Shown here in pieces: positions 10,797 to 19,717 of a stretch of DNA of 64,000 nucleotides; position 1 is the stretch's first letter; each line of letters opens with the position of its first letter. Source of the stretch: Longimicrobiales bacterium. GTDB lineage: Bacteria; Gemmatimonadota; Gemmatimonadetes; Longimicrobiales; Gaopeijiaceae. The position numbers and the translations under genes were made by a program. The notes below the pieces were generated by a model. That model saw only the letters and a list, made by a program, of their open reading frames with translations, had not been told where the DNA came from and ran no database searches. The DNA lies in the NCBI GenBank assembly GCA_965238005.1, contig OZ250165.1:2144001-2208000 (forward strand). The letters are read 5' to 3'.

Positions 10797-12274
10797 GTAC
10801 CCCTGATGGGTAACAGTTACACACCCCTGATGGGTGACAGTTCTTGTCAGGTAAGCTGCTGTTTTTTTTGTTACCTCCACCGGTGGAGTCAGAAGCTTCC
10901 GCTGCGCCGGAGCGCAGGGGAGTAGAAGCGAGCGGAGTTCCACGAAGGTAGCGGTTCGCGTCGACGTCTGAGGGGCTGGGCAGTTCACGCGGCCTCAGCG
11001 TCGTGGATTACGGGACGAGGAGCCATCGTGATCGAGGATGGCAGCTTTTCGGACGTGAAGCCAACCGAGGGCGACGGGACCGAAGTAGACAGCCCAGACA
11101 TCGTCGGCGACCTCCTCGAGGCCAATGTATTCGCCGCCGAGCAGATGAGAGACGTTGGCCCAGGCGGAGTGCCATCGGATGCCGCCGTTGATGGAGACCT
11201 TACGGGTCTCGAAGTGGGCGGGGTAGTCGGGGGTCAAGAGCTTGCTGGGGAAGGGACGGGTTGAGGGCTCGTAGACGGAGGCGGGCGGCCTCTGGCCGTG
11301 GGCCTCGTGGGGCCGGATCTCGTTGAAATCAATGCGGAAGGCATTGAAGCGTTTCTGCTGAGCGGATCGGTTTCCGGCGGGCGGGATGGTGGCCTCAGCC
11401 TTGAGGTCTTTGTGCATGCGTTCGTGGCGGCCGTTCTGCTGGGGAGATGCGGGCTCGATGAGATCGGGCAGGATGCCGAGCTTGATCCACCAGACGGAGA
11501 GCCTGGAGAGGCGCCCTAAGGCTATGGAGGCAAAGGGAGTACCGTTGTCGGTACGGATGCGGTCGGGGATCCCGAACTCGTGGAAGAGGCGGGTGAAAAC
11601 ACGTCTGGAACCGGCGTAGGTGGTCCCTGAGAGGCCCTGACAAGCGAGCAGGTAGCGGCTGAAGCCATCCTGGACGGTGAGCGGGTAGCAGTAGACGCCG
11701 TCGAGGGTCTTGAACTGCCCCTTGAAGTCGGCGGACCAGATGGAGTTGGGCGCATCGAAGGGCGCGGTGGGTCGACCGGGATGAGAGGATTTACGTCGGC
11801 GCCGCAGCTTGTTGACCAGGCCCTCGCGCAGGAAGTGTCTGTGCAGGACCTGGGGCGCGGGTAGCGACCAGTCGGGGTGCACCTCGAGGAGGCGGCCTAG
11901 GATCTTGGCAGCTCCCCACCGGGGTCGACGACGGCGGAGCTCGAAGGCAGCCTCGAGGATGTGGGGCTCAGTAGCGTGGGGACAGCAATGGGGCCGATGG
12001 GAGCGGTCGAGCAGCCCGTCGGGTCCTTGGGTCTCGTATCGTTCGAGCCACTTGTAGCCCGTCTTGCGGCTGATGTTGTAGCGTCGGCAGAGTTCGGAGT
12101 GGGAGAAGAGGCTCGCGGTGGCCTCGAGGATGAATCGCTTGCGTTCGTTCATGGGATCGGTCTCCAACCATGGCATGGGCAGCTCCAAGAGCGTGTCGAA
12201 GGAGCGCCACGTTACGGGTCGAGACTGTCACCCATCAGGGGTGAGAAAAGCGTTACCTATCAGTGGTGAGCGTA
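10797..12274 (-). mobile_element. IS481-family insertion sequence (ends approximate)
   Basis: Imperfect terminal IRs, each containing two copies of a GTYACCCATCAGGGGT-like motif (10798-10840 versus 12225-12267), flank the transposase. No clear target duplication. Confidence 0.85.
10995..12188 (-). CDS. IS481-family transposase
   Basis: MPW.ET N-terminus, HTH (ISRKTGYKW), rve DDE core (WSADFKG, TDNG.PF, NGRHERMH). Confidence 0.95.
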   Translation of the reverse strand: MELPMPWLETDPMNERKRFILEATASLFSHSELCRRYNISRKTGYKWLERYETQGPDGLLDRSHRPHCCPHATEPHILEAAFELRRRRPRWGAAKILGRLLEVHPDWSLPAPQVLHRHFLREGLVNKLRRRRKSSHPGRPTAPFDAPNSIWSADFKGQFKTLDGVYCYPLTVQDGFSRYLLACQGLSGTTYAGSRRVFTRLFHEFGIPDRIRTDNGTPFASIALGRLSRLSVWWIKLGILPDLIEPASPQQNGRHERMHKDLKAEATIPPAGNRSAQQKRFNAFRIDFNEIRPHEAHGQRPPASVYEPSTRPFPSKLLTPDYPAHFETRKVSINGGIRWHSAWANVSHLLGGEYIGLEEVADDVWAVYFGPVALGWLHVRKAAILDHDGSSSRNPRR

Positions 12275-12352
12275 GGCTGTACCCCCTGAACTTCTAACCC
12301 GCGGTTGCCGGCCGACCGACCGGGTAGGGTCCCCGGCGGGAGGTGGGGCGGG

Positions 12353-12415
12353 TCAGATCTTCTTGAGAATCCAGCTCAGCACTACCCGAGCGATCCTCCG
12401 GAGGATGGTCAGCAT
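12353..12415 (-). CDS. Putative 20-aa cationic amphipathic peptide MLTILRRIARVVLSWILKKI
   Basis: Clean ATG..TGA micro-ORF downstream of the MBL gene, with GGAG upstream. Confidence 0.35.
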   Translation of the reverse strand: MLTILRRIARVVLSWILKKI

Positions 12416-12492
12416 GCCGTCGTCCGGCTCCGATAAGGTTCTCGTGCGCACAGTTGGACCACCCGAGTGGGCAAAAAGTTGCTCTCGGGCGG

Positions 12493-13728
12493 TCAACTCG
12501 TGGCGTCATCACCCGGCACGCAATCCATGGCGGCGTTCCGTTCCACGACCACCGTGTACGCACCTTTCTCGTCGACTCGAATCTCGATGTCGCCGTGAAC
12601 GTTGGTACAGTAGGTCTCGCTATCGGCCCGCGCCAAGAGAACGTCCAACGCCCGAATCCTGGGGTGACTCTTCCCGTTGGCACTGATGATCTGCAGCCTG
12701 GGGCTAGAGTGGCTCAGCCAACTCGACGTGCCCGACGAGCCGCTGTCGAACACCGCGTCGTTGGCGCCGTGATGACCCACCTTCAGGGCGACGACTCCCT
12801 GGGTCAGGTCGGCGAATTGGTTCCGCCAACGCAGGTTGGCTTCGACCTCTCCGTCTCCGGCGAAGAACATCGTGAACCCAGCCCTGGTCAGAGCGGTGCC
12901 GAGAGAGCCGTCGTTCAGCTCGCTGCCGCCTGCATCCGGGTCCGCCAGGCCGGCGGTCCGCGGCGGAATGATCCGCAGGTTGGAGGCGCCCGAGAACCCC
13001 AGGGCGATGTCGACTATCTCGGACGGGACCGTCACCTGGCCGGCTCGGGACGCCGCCAGCGAGAGCAGCTCGTTGTAGCGCGAGAAGCTCCTGACCTGGC
13101 CGTTGTTATAGAACGTACGGACGTGGGCCTCCCTGAGGATGTCCGGCATGCCGTCGAAGTGATCGGTGTGGGCGTGCGTCAGGAGCAATGCCTCGAGCGT
13201 GTCGACTCCCAGCGCGGCCAGCCTCTCCTGAACGAAGTCCAGGTCGGTGCCGCCCACCCCGCCGGGTCCGGCGTCGATCATCATGTGCCGCTGTCCAGCG
13301 GCCGTGGAGTCGGACAGGAGAATGGCGTCCCCGCCTCCACCCGCACTGTTGTCGCCGAGGTCGAAAACCCGGATGACGAGGACGCTTCCTCCGGCGAGTC
13401 GGATCTCGAAGCTCACCACCGACTGGGAGGTCGATACTCCGTTCTGGGCAACCACCCGTAGGACGTAGCTCCCTGGGTCGGATACGGTGCTCCCCGAAAA
13501 GAAGGAGATCCCGTTCAGGGTCGCCGCATAGGTCCCCACGCTCACCGAGATAGTGATCGAAACCGGCCCCTCGACAACGGCCCCGTCCGACACCCCCTGA
13601 ACGGTGATCACAGGCGCCTGCGGTTCCGGTGCGGTGCCGTCGCTCCCGCCGCACCCGGCGGCTAACGCCGCGGCCATCATCAAGGCGACGTGGCCCTGCG
13701 ATGTCGAGTTGGGAGTGCGTGCGAACAT
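12493..13728 (-). CDS. ComEC/Rec2-type metallo-beta-lactamase-fold hydrolase lipoprotein with an Ig-like domain (putative nuclease)
   Basis: Lipobox LAAG-C; GDAILL, IDAG, THAHTDHFDG, NDGS, FAGD, LKVGHHG, IISA..HP motifs. Start uncertain. Confidence 0.85.
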   Translation of the reverse strand: MFARTPNSTSQGHVALMMAAALAAGCGGSDGTAPEPQAPVITVQGVSDGAVVEGPVSITISVSVGTYAATLNGISFFSGSTVSDPGSYVLRVVAQNGVSTSQSVVSFEIRLAGGSVLVIRVFDLGDNSAGGGGDAILLSDSTAAGQRHMMIDAGPGGVGGTDLDFVQERLAALGVDTLEALLLTHAHTDHFDGMPDILREAHVRTFYNNGQVRSFSRYNELLSLAASRAGQVTVPSEIVDIALGFSGASNLRIIPPRTAGLADPDAGGSELNDGSLGTALTRAGFTMFFAGDGEVEANLRWRNQFADLTQGVVALKVGHHGANDAVFDSGSSGTSSWLSHSSPRLQIISANGKSHPRIRALDVLLARADSETYCTNVHGDIEIRVDEKGAYTVVVERNAAMDCVPGDDATS

Positions 13729-13909
13729 GACCGATGGAGGTGCTCGTCTCGCGCCGGAGGTCCCCCCGCGCACGAAAGAGGAAGGTAGGACCGGGGCCGG
13801 AGTGCGCCTAGACGTAACAGCTTCGCAACCCCGGTTGCTCTTCCACCGACCCCGCCCCACATTGGGATTCCGTCTCTCGTCCAACCTCCGAGTACCTTAG
13901 GAGCGCCGC

Positions 13910-16345
13910 ATGAGACCTCCCTTCTCGCGGACTCTGTTCCTCGGCGCCCTTCTCGCCGTCACCGGCTGCGATCAGGAGATGATCAGCCTCGACAGCGGGA
14001 CCACCTCCAGCCTCACGGTTCGGGCATACGTGGACGCCAACGGCAACGGTACCTACGACGCAGGCACGGACGAGGGGGTGGCGTCGGCCACCATCACGGC
14101 CGCCGGCCCAGGCGGCGCCACCACCGCCACCACCGGCGCGGACGGCGTGGCCACTTTCCCGGCACTGACGCCCGGAGGCTACGAGCTCTCCATCGCGGGA
14201 GCGGCTCCCACGGGCACTGTTCTGGCGACCGCAACGACGCCGGTGGTGGCGGCGCCCTTCCGTGGCGTCGCTCTGACCGCCGAGTTCCGGTACTCCTTGC
14301 TCGCGGGCAGCATTTCGGGACGGCTGTACCGCGACGACAACGAGAGCGGAGAGTACGAGGCCGAGGCGGATCTGCCGGCGGCGGGCATCGAGTTGATGCT
14401 CTTCGAGGGAGCCGTCGCCCCCGAGGCCCCTCCTGAGAGCGCCGCCCAAGGCGTCGCCATCCGTACGACGACCACCGATGCAGACGGTACATTCTCGTTC
14501 GATATCCTTCGTCCGGGGACGTACACGCTGCAGGTCAATCCTCTCGAGACGATGGATATCGTCGGGGGCGCGACTCAGGTCGTGACGGTCGGTGCGGGGG
14601 TCGAGGTCTCCTTGGGCGTCGTGTTCGAAGGGACACTGCTGATCTCGGTGGCCGACGCGCGGAATGCGCCGGAGGGCCAGACGGTGACCATCCAGGGCAT
14701 CGTGACCTGGCACCCCACCTTCGACAATCGGACCTACTTCCTCCAGGACGAGACCGGAGGCCTCTCCACCTTCGACTTCAACCGCCCGGACATAGAGATC
14801 GGCGACCGTATCCAGATCACGGGTACGCGAGGCGCGTTCCGCGGTGAGGTACAGGTGTCACCGATCCTGACCCTCGAAAACCTGGGCATCGCCGGCGAGC
14901 CGGACCCGAGGCAGGTCACGGGCATGGAGACCAACGACGGCACGGTGGCCGGGCAGCTCGTCACCATCGACGCTACGGTGCAGAGCGTGGAGGTGCAAAG
15001 CTTCGGGACCCAGAGGATCATCCTCCGAGACGGCACCGGCACCGACTTCCCCGTCCGCGCCGACAACCGGACCGGCGTGACCGAAGACCTGTGGACGGTG
15101 GGCGAGGTCTTCGGCGTCACGGGAGTCGTCGGAACGGACGACCGTGACGACCTGGCGCACCGCATCGAGGTGCGCAGCCCTGCGGATCTGGCCGAGGGAG
15201 GCTCGGTGGTACCCATCGCCGACGCCAGGGCCATGGTCGGCGAGACGGTGGTCGTCCAGGGCGTCATCACGTGGCAGAATCAGTGGGACGACCGGATCTT
15301 CTTCTTCCAGGACGCCACCGGCGGGCTCAGCTCCTTCTTCTCCGGAGCGCCCACCTTGCAGCGTGGCGACATCGTTCGGATCCAGGGGGGTATCAGCGCC
15401 TTCCGGGGTGAGACTCAGATCTCGCCCAGCAGCCTTCAGGTTCTGGGTAACGTGGCCGTTCCCGCTCCGCGAGGCGTCACCGCCGCGCAGATCAACGCGG
15501 GTACGGCGCAGGGTGAGCTGGTGACCATCACCGGCATCCTCCAGACGGTCGAAGAGGTGTCGTTCGGAAGCCAGAACGTCACCATTCGAGATGGAGCGGG
15601 CACCGACTTCAGCGTGTTCGTCGACAACCGCACAGGGGTGAGCACCGCCGACTGGCCGGCGGTGGGCTCGACCGTGCGGGTGACGGGCGTGCTGGGAACC
15701 GACGATCGCAATGACCCGGCGCCGCGCATCGAGCTCCGAGACATCAACGACCTTGTGGTAGGGACGGCCGGACAGCTTTCCATCGCGGAGGCCCGGGCCA
15801 TGGACGGCGCCACGGTCATTCTGGAAGGGGTGGTGACCTGGCAGACCGAGTGGGACGGGCGAATCTACTTCTTCCAGGACGCCACCGCAGGGATCAGCAC
15901 CTTCCACAGCGGCGCGCCCGACCTCAACGAGGGAGACCGTGTTCGGGTCACGGGCGAGGTGTCGACCTTCAGGGGCGAGACCCAGATCGGCTCCATCACC
16001 GACCTCACCGTCCTTGGCAACGAAGCCGTTCCGACACCGCGCCCCGTGACCGGAGAGCAGATCAACCACGGCCTTTTCCAGGGCGAGCTGGTGGTCGCCA
16101 GCGGTACGCTCTTGACCGTGACGGAGCTGAGTTTCGGCACCCAGAGCGTCGCCGTCCAGGACACAGGCGGCACGTCGTTCGTCGTCTACGTGGACAACCG
16201 GACCGGCATGAGCGCCGCCGACTGGCCGGCGTTGGGCAGCATGGTCAGGGTCATGGGCGTGCTGGGAACCGACGACCGCAACGAACCGGCGCGACTCGAG
16301 ACGAGACGCCCCGGCGACGTCACCACCATACCGGCGACGAACTAG
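13910..16345 (+). CDS. Lipoprotein with SdrD-B-like domains and three tandem double-OB-fold modules
   Basis: Lipobox VTG-C; YVDANGNGTYD and YRDDNESG SdrD-B-like motifs; three ~189-aa repeats (IA(D/E)AR..G.VTW..F.QD.T.G..GD...G..S.FRGE.Q..DNRTG..GTDDR). Confidence 0.8.
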   Translation: MRPPFSRTLFLGALLAVTGCDQEMISLDSGTTSSLTVRAYVDANGNGTYDAGTDEGVASATITAAGPGGATTATTGADGVATFPALTPGGYELSIAGAAPTGTVLATATTPVVAAPFRGVALTAEFRYSLLAGSISGRLYRDDNESGEYEAEADLPAAGIELMLFEGAVAPEAPPESAAQGVAIRTTTTDADGTFSFDILRPGTYTLQVNPLETMDIVGGATQVVTVGAGVEVSLGVVFEGTLLISVADARNAPEGQTVTIQGIVTWHPTFDNRTYFLQDETGGLSTFDFNRPDIEIGDRIQITGTRGAFRGEVQVSPILTLENLGIAGEPDPRQVTGMETNDGTVAGQLVTIDATVQSVEVQSFGTQRIILRDGTGTDFPVRADNRTGVTEDLWTVGEVFGVTGVVGTDDRDDLAHRIEVRSPADLAEGGSVVPIADARAMVGETVVVQGVITWQNQWDDRIFFFQDATGGLSSFFSGAPTLQRGDIVRIQGGISAFRGETQISPSSLQVLGNVAVPAPRGVTAAQINAGTAQGELVTITGILQTVEEVSFGSQNVTIRDGAGTDFSVFVDNRTGVSTADWPAVGSTVRVTGVLGTDDRNDPAPRIELRDINDLVVGTAGQLSIAEARAMDGATVILEGVVTWQTEWDGRIYFFQDATAGISTFHSGAPDLNEGDRVRVTGEVSTFRGETQIGSITDLTVLGNEAVPTPRPVTGEQINHGLFQGELVVASGTLLTVTELSFGTQSVAVQDTGGTSFVVYVDNRTGMSAADWPALGSMVRVMGVLGTDDRNEPARLETRRPGDVTTIPATN
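14642..16330 (+). repeat. Three intragenic ~570-bp tandem repeats
   Basis: Units begin near 14642, 15212 and 15779; GACAACCG and GG(A/G)AC(C/G)GACGA recur in each unit. Confidence 0.85.
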
Positions 16346-16347
16346 TC

Positions 16348-17403
16348 ATGATACGCGCATCAGGAGTGTCCCCAGTGGACGGAAGAACCAACACTCGCCG
16401 CTTCGCCGCCGGCGCCATGCTGTTGGCGTTGACGCTGGTCATCGCGTGCGACGACGAGCTGGCCCCACCTCTGGCCGTGGTGGGAAGCGGATCCCTTGAA
16501 GGCTTCATTTTCTTCGACGCCTCGGAGGACGGGGTCTTCGACGCCGCCGACGGCGATTATGGGATCTCGGCGTTGAACGTCGCCGTACAGGAGCGGGGAA
16601 CCGGCCAGACCTTTTCCGGCGGGTCGACTTCGACCGGAACCGACGGGCGCTTCCGCCTCGACGGGTTGCCCGGCGGAACCCACGACCTGCTCATCGACAC
16701 GCTCACCGTCCCGGAGGGCGTAAACATATGCCAGAACCCAGTCCCGGTGACAATCAACCTGGACGAGACGCGCTTCGCCGAGGTTCGGGGTCGGCCGGGA
16801 TGCCTCATCACCATCGCGGCAGCCAAGGAGCTGGCTGCGGGCACGTTCGCCATCGTGAAGGGTGTCGTCACCGCCGCGCCAGGGCAGATCGAGTCCAGCT
16901 GGACCTACATCCAGGACGCCAGCGCTGGCGCGAAGATCTTCTCGGGCGCCCTCGACGGCCAGGGACTCGAAGTGGGCGACCAGATCGAGATCGGTGGAAC
17001 CGTGGGCGACAACGCAGGAGACTTCGAGTTCACCAGTCCGGTGTTGCGAGGCGTCGTGCCCGACGTGGGCGCACCCTCACCCATGTTGGTGACGACAGCC
17101 GCCATCGCTGCGTCCGGCTCCGACTTCACCGACCCGGTCCAGGGCGCCCTGATTCGGGTCGCGGCCGCGGAGTTCACGGGCATCTTCACATCGATCGGCA
17201 ACCTGCAGAACGGACCCATCGACGACGGCAGCGGTGGCACGGTCATCCGGATCGAAGACGGGGTGGCCGATCGGAATTCGCTCAACGACCTCATGACCGT
17301 CGGGGTTTGCTACGACATCGTCGGGGTCGGCGGCACCTTCCTCGGAACGGGAGAGATCTTCCCACGGACGCTGGCCGACATCGAGGAGGTCGCATGCAAC
17401 TGA
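16348..17403 (+). CDS. Second SdrD-B/OB-fold lipoprotein
   Basis: Lipobox LVIA-C; FFDASEDGVFD; ITIAAAK..KGVVT..YIQDASAG..VGDQIEIGG OB-like module. Confidence 0.75.
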   Translation: MIRASGVSPVDGRTNTRRFAAGAMLLALTLVIACDDELAPPLAVVGSGSLEGFIFFDASEDGVFDAADGDYGISALNVAVQERGTGQTFSGGSTSTGTDGRFRLDGLPGGTHDLLIDTLTVPEGVNICQNPVPVTINLDETRFAEVRGRPGCLITIAAAKELAAGTFAIVKGVVTAAPGQIESSWTYIQDASAGAKIFSGALDGQGLEVGDQIEIGGTVGDNAGDFEFTSPVLRGVVPDVGAPSPMLVTTAAIAASGSDFTDPVQGALIRVAAAEFTGIFTSIGNLQNGPIDDGSGGTVIRIEDGVADRNSLNDLMTVGVCYDIVGVGGTFLGTGEIFPRTLADIEEVACN

Positions 17404-17468
17404 CCAGAAAGGGCCTCCGGCCCACAGCGCGCAGCCGGTCTGAACCCGCACACGGACTGACGGCAACC

Positions 17469-19027
17469 ATGCGCAAGACCAGCACTTTGATCCGCTTCCT
17501 CGGCCCCCTCGCCATGGTGGTTGCCGGCACGGCTCCCGTCGCGGCGCAGAACTCCACCACCACCGGCCAGATCCGTGGCGGCATCGTGAACGAAGGTGGC
17601 CAGCCCGTGGCATTGGTGGTCGTGACGGCGCGCAACACCGAGACCGGCCTCACCCGGACGGCGCTCTCCAACGCAGACGGTCGGTACACCGCCCGGCTCT
17701 TGCCTTCGGGTACCTACGAAGTGCAGACCGAGATGATCGGGTTCGGCCAGGCCACGCAGACGGTTCGAGTGGCCATAGGAACCTCGAGCCTGGCCAACTT
17801 CGGGCTCACCAGCCAGGCCATCGAGATCGAGGGGATCACGGTATCGGCGGACCGTCCCCCCATCGACGTGAGCGACGGCGGCGTCATCCAATACGTGGGC
17901 CAGCTGGAGATCCAGGAGCTCCCGGTCCTGGGGCGTGACTTCACGGACTTCATCAACCTGTCGGGCCTCGTCGCGCCCGACCCGGGAGTGACCACTGGCG
18001 GGCAGTTCTCCATCGCCGGCATGCGCTCCTCCCAGACCAGCATCCAGATCGACGGCGTGGACGCCAACAACTCGTTCTTCGGTGAGAACCGGGGTGGGTC
18101 CCGGATCCCCTTCGTCTTCTCCCTGGAATCCCTCAAGGAATTCCAGATCATCACCAACGGCTTCGACGTGGAGCACGGCCGCTTCGGAGGCGGGATCATC
18201 AACGTGATCACGCAGGGTGGAACCAACCAGTTCAAGGGGAGCGCCTACGCCAACATCCGAGACGACGCCCTGACGGGGAGTCCGTTCATCCAGGACGACA
18301 CCAACCCGGAGATCACCACGGAGTACGAGGTCCAGCAGTTCGCCGGCTCCATCAGTGGGCCGATCAAGAGGGACAAGGCGTTCTTCTTTCTGTCGGTGGA
18401 CGGTCAGCGACGCCGCGAGCCGCAGCTACCGCTGACCCAGGAGCGCTTCGGGCCCGGTGGGTCGGCCGAGGACCCGGTGGTGTTCAATGAGATTTCGGAG
18501 TACTTCGACATCCTGTCGAGCCAGTACGGCGTCTCCGATCCGGCCGCAGTATATCAGCCCTTCTCGACCACGGAGGACGCGATCACGATCTTCGGTCGGA
18601 TCGACTGGAACCTGAACGACGATCACCGGCTGTCGGTGCGGCACAACTACTCGACGTTCACCAACGACAACGAATGGAACGGGAACTTCGACTTCGCCTA
18701 CGGGATCTCCCGGGCCGAGAAGCTCGAGGACGAGTCCCATTCGTTCGTGAGCGAGCTCCAATCCGTGCTCGGAGACAACACCTTCAACGTGCTGCGGGCG
18801 CAGTACGCGAAGGAAACTCGGCCCCGTCAGGCCAACGACCTGCGGCCGGCCCTGCAGGTGAGCCTCTCGAACAACCAGCGGATCGAATACGGAGGCTCCT
18901 TCGCGGCATTCAACAACCGGTTCGAGGAGACCAAGTTCCAGGTCGTGGACAACTTCACCCACGTCCTGGGCGACCACACGTTCAAGGTGGGGGGCAACTT
19001 CCTCTATACGCAGTACCTCAATCAATC
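17469..19027 (+). pseudogene. Oar-like TonB-dependent receptor, 3'-truncated
   Basis: Signal peptide; carboxypeptidase-regulatory-like domain; LPVLGRDF, IDGVDANNSFFG, EHGRFGGGIINVIT plug motifs; HTFKVG. Only ~520 aa, then unrelated sequence up to a stop at 19076. Confidence 0.85.
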
Positions 19028-19129
19028 CCTCCGTTGCGAAATTCGTTCCCACCTGCGAACCGTGAAAGGCCAGTAATTTCGCAGCAGACGAGGTTTTCGC
19101 CACCCACAGGCCGCAAGCGGCCCCACAAC

Positions 19130-19363
19130 TCATCTGGGCATGCCGATGAGAAACATCATCCCGAGGAGAATCAACCCAAGAAAACCGGAGATCCATACAC
19201 GGAGAATCGGTATTTCGACTATACGCGTGTGTGGGTCGACCTCCCGCTTTAACACGGATCTCCAGTCGTCGATTTTCATCCCGTGTTCCGCGAGGTAAGC
19301 CAGGATACGCAGGCCGCACAGACAGCCGAGACCGACAAGAAACCACCCGATCAGCTCTCGCAT
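19130..19363 (-). CDS. Small two-TM membrane protein
   Basis: Two hydrophobic helices; GGAGG upstream of the ATG. Confidence 0.55.
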   Translation of the reverse strand: MRELIGWFLVGLGCLCGLRILAYLAEHGMKIDDWRSVLKREVDPHTRIVEIPILRVWISGFLGLILLGMMFLIGMPR

Positions 19364-19486
19364 GGGTCGGCCTCCATCGACAGCCGTGGATCGAAGTAGG
19401 AGCGAACCGTGAGGCGAGGATTGGATGGGCGCTGGATCGGTGAATCTAAACTGCTGAAACCGCCATCGATGTCCCACGAGTACATG

Positions 19487-19580
19487 CCCATGCGCTCAAG
19501 CTATGGGTGATGCTGAGGTTGGGCGATGGCTGGATGGGAGTGATGCGAGGCCGCTAGGTCTCCAGTTTGCCGACGATCAC
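19487..19580 (-). repeat. Intergenic repeat A, copy 1
   Basis: CATGCGCTCAAGCTATGGGTGATGCTGAGGTTGGGCGATGGCT...GAGGCCGCTAG; matches 28098-28230 and 28559-28675. Confidence 0.9.
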
Positions 19581-19717
19581 GACGCCTTCCACGAAGACGC
19601 GCAGCCAGGGAATCTGGTGGGTCAATTGGCACCCGTGGTCTTCTCCCCCGCCTCATGAAGCAAGTCCGCGAGAGCGTGTCGAAACGAGTGGCATCTGCGA
19701 CACGTCCCTCCCTAGCC

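Noticed and set aside
10860..10994. Structured RNA in the IS481 3' region
   Set aside because: GC-rich hairpins are expected in IS ends, and a single copy gives no covariation evidence
14642..16330. Diversity-generating retroelement TR/VR pair
   Set aside because: In-frame domain repeats with no obvious adenine-specific differences; no reverse transcriptase in the window
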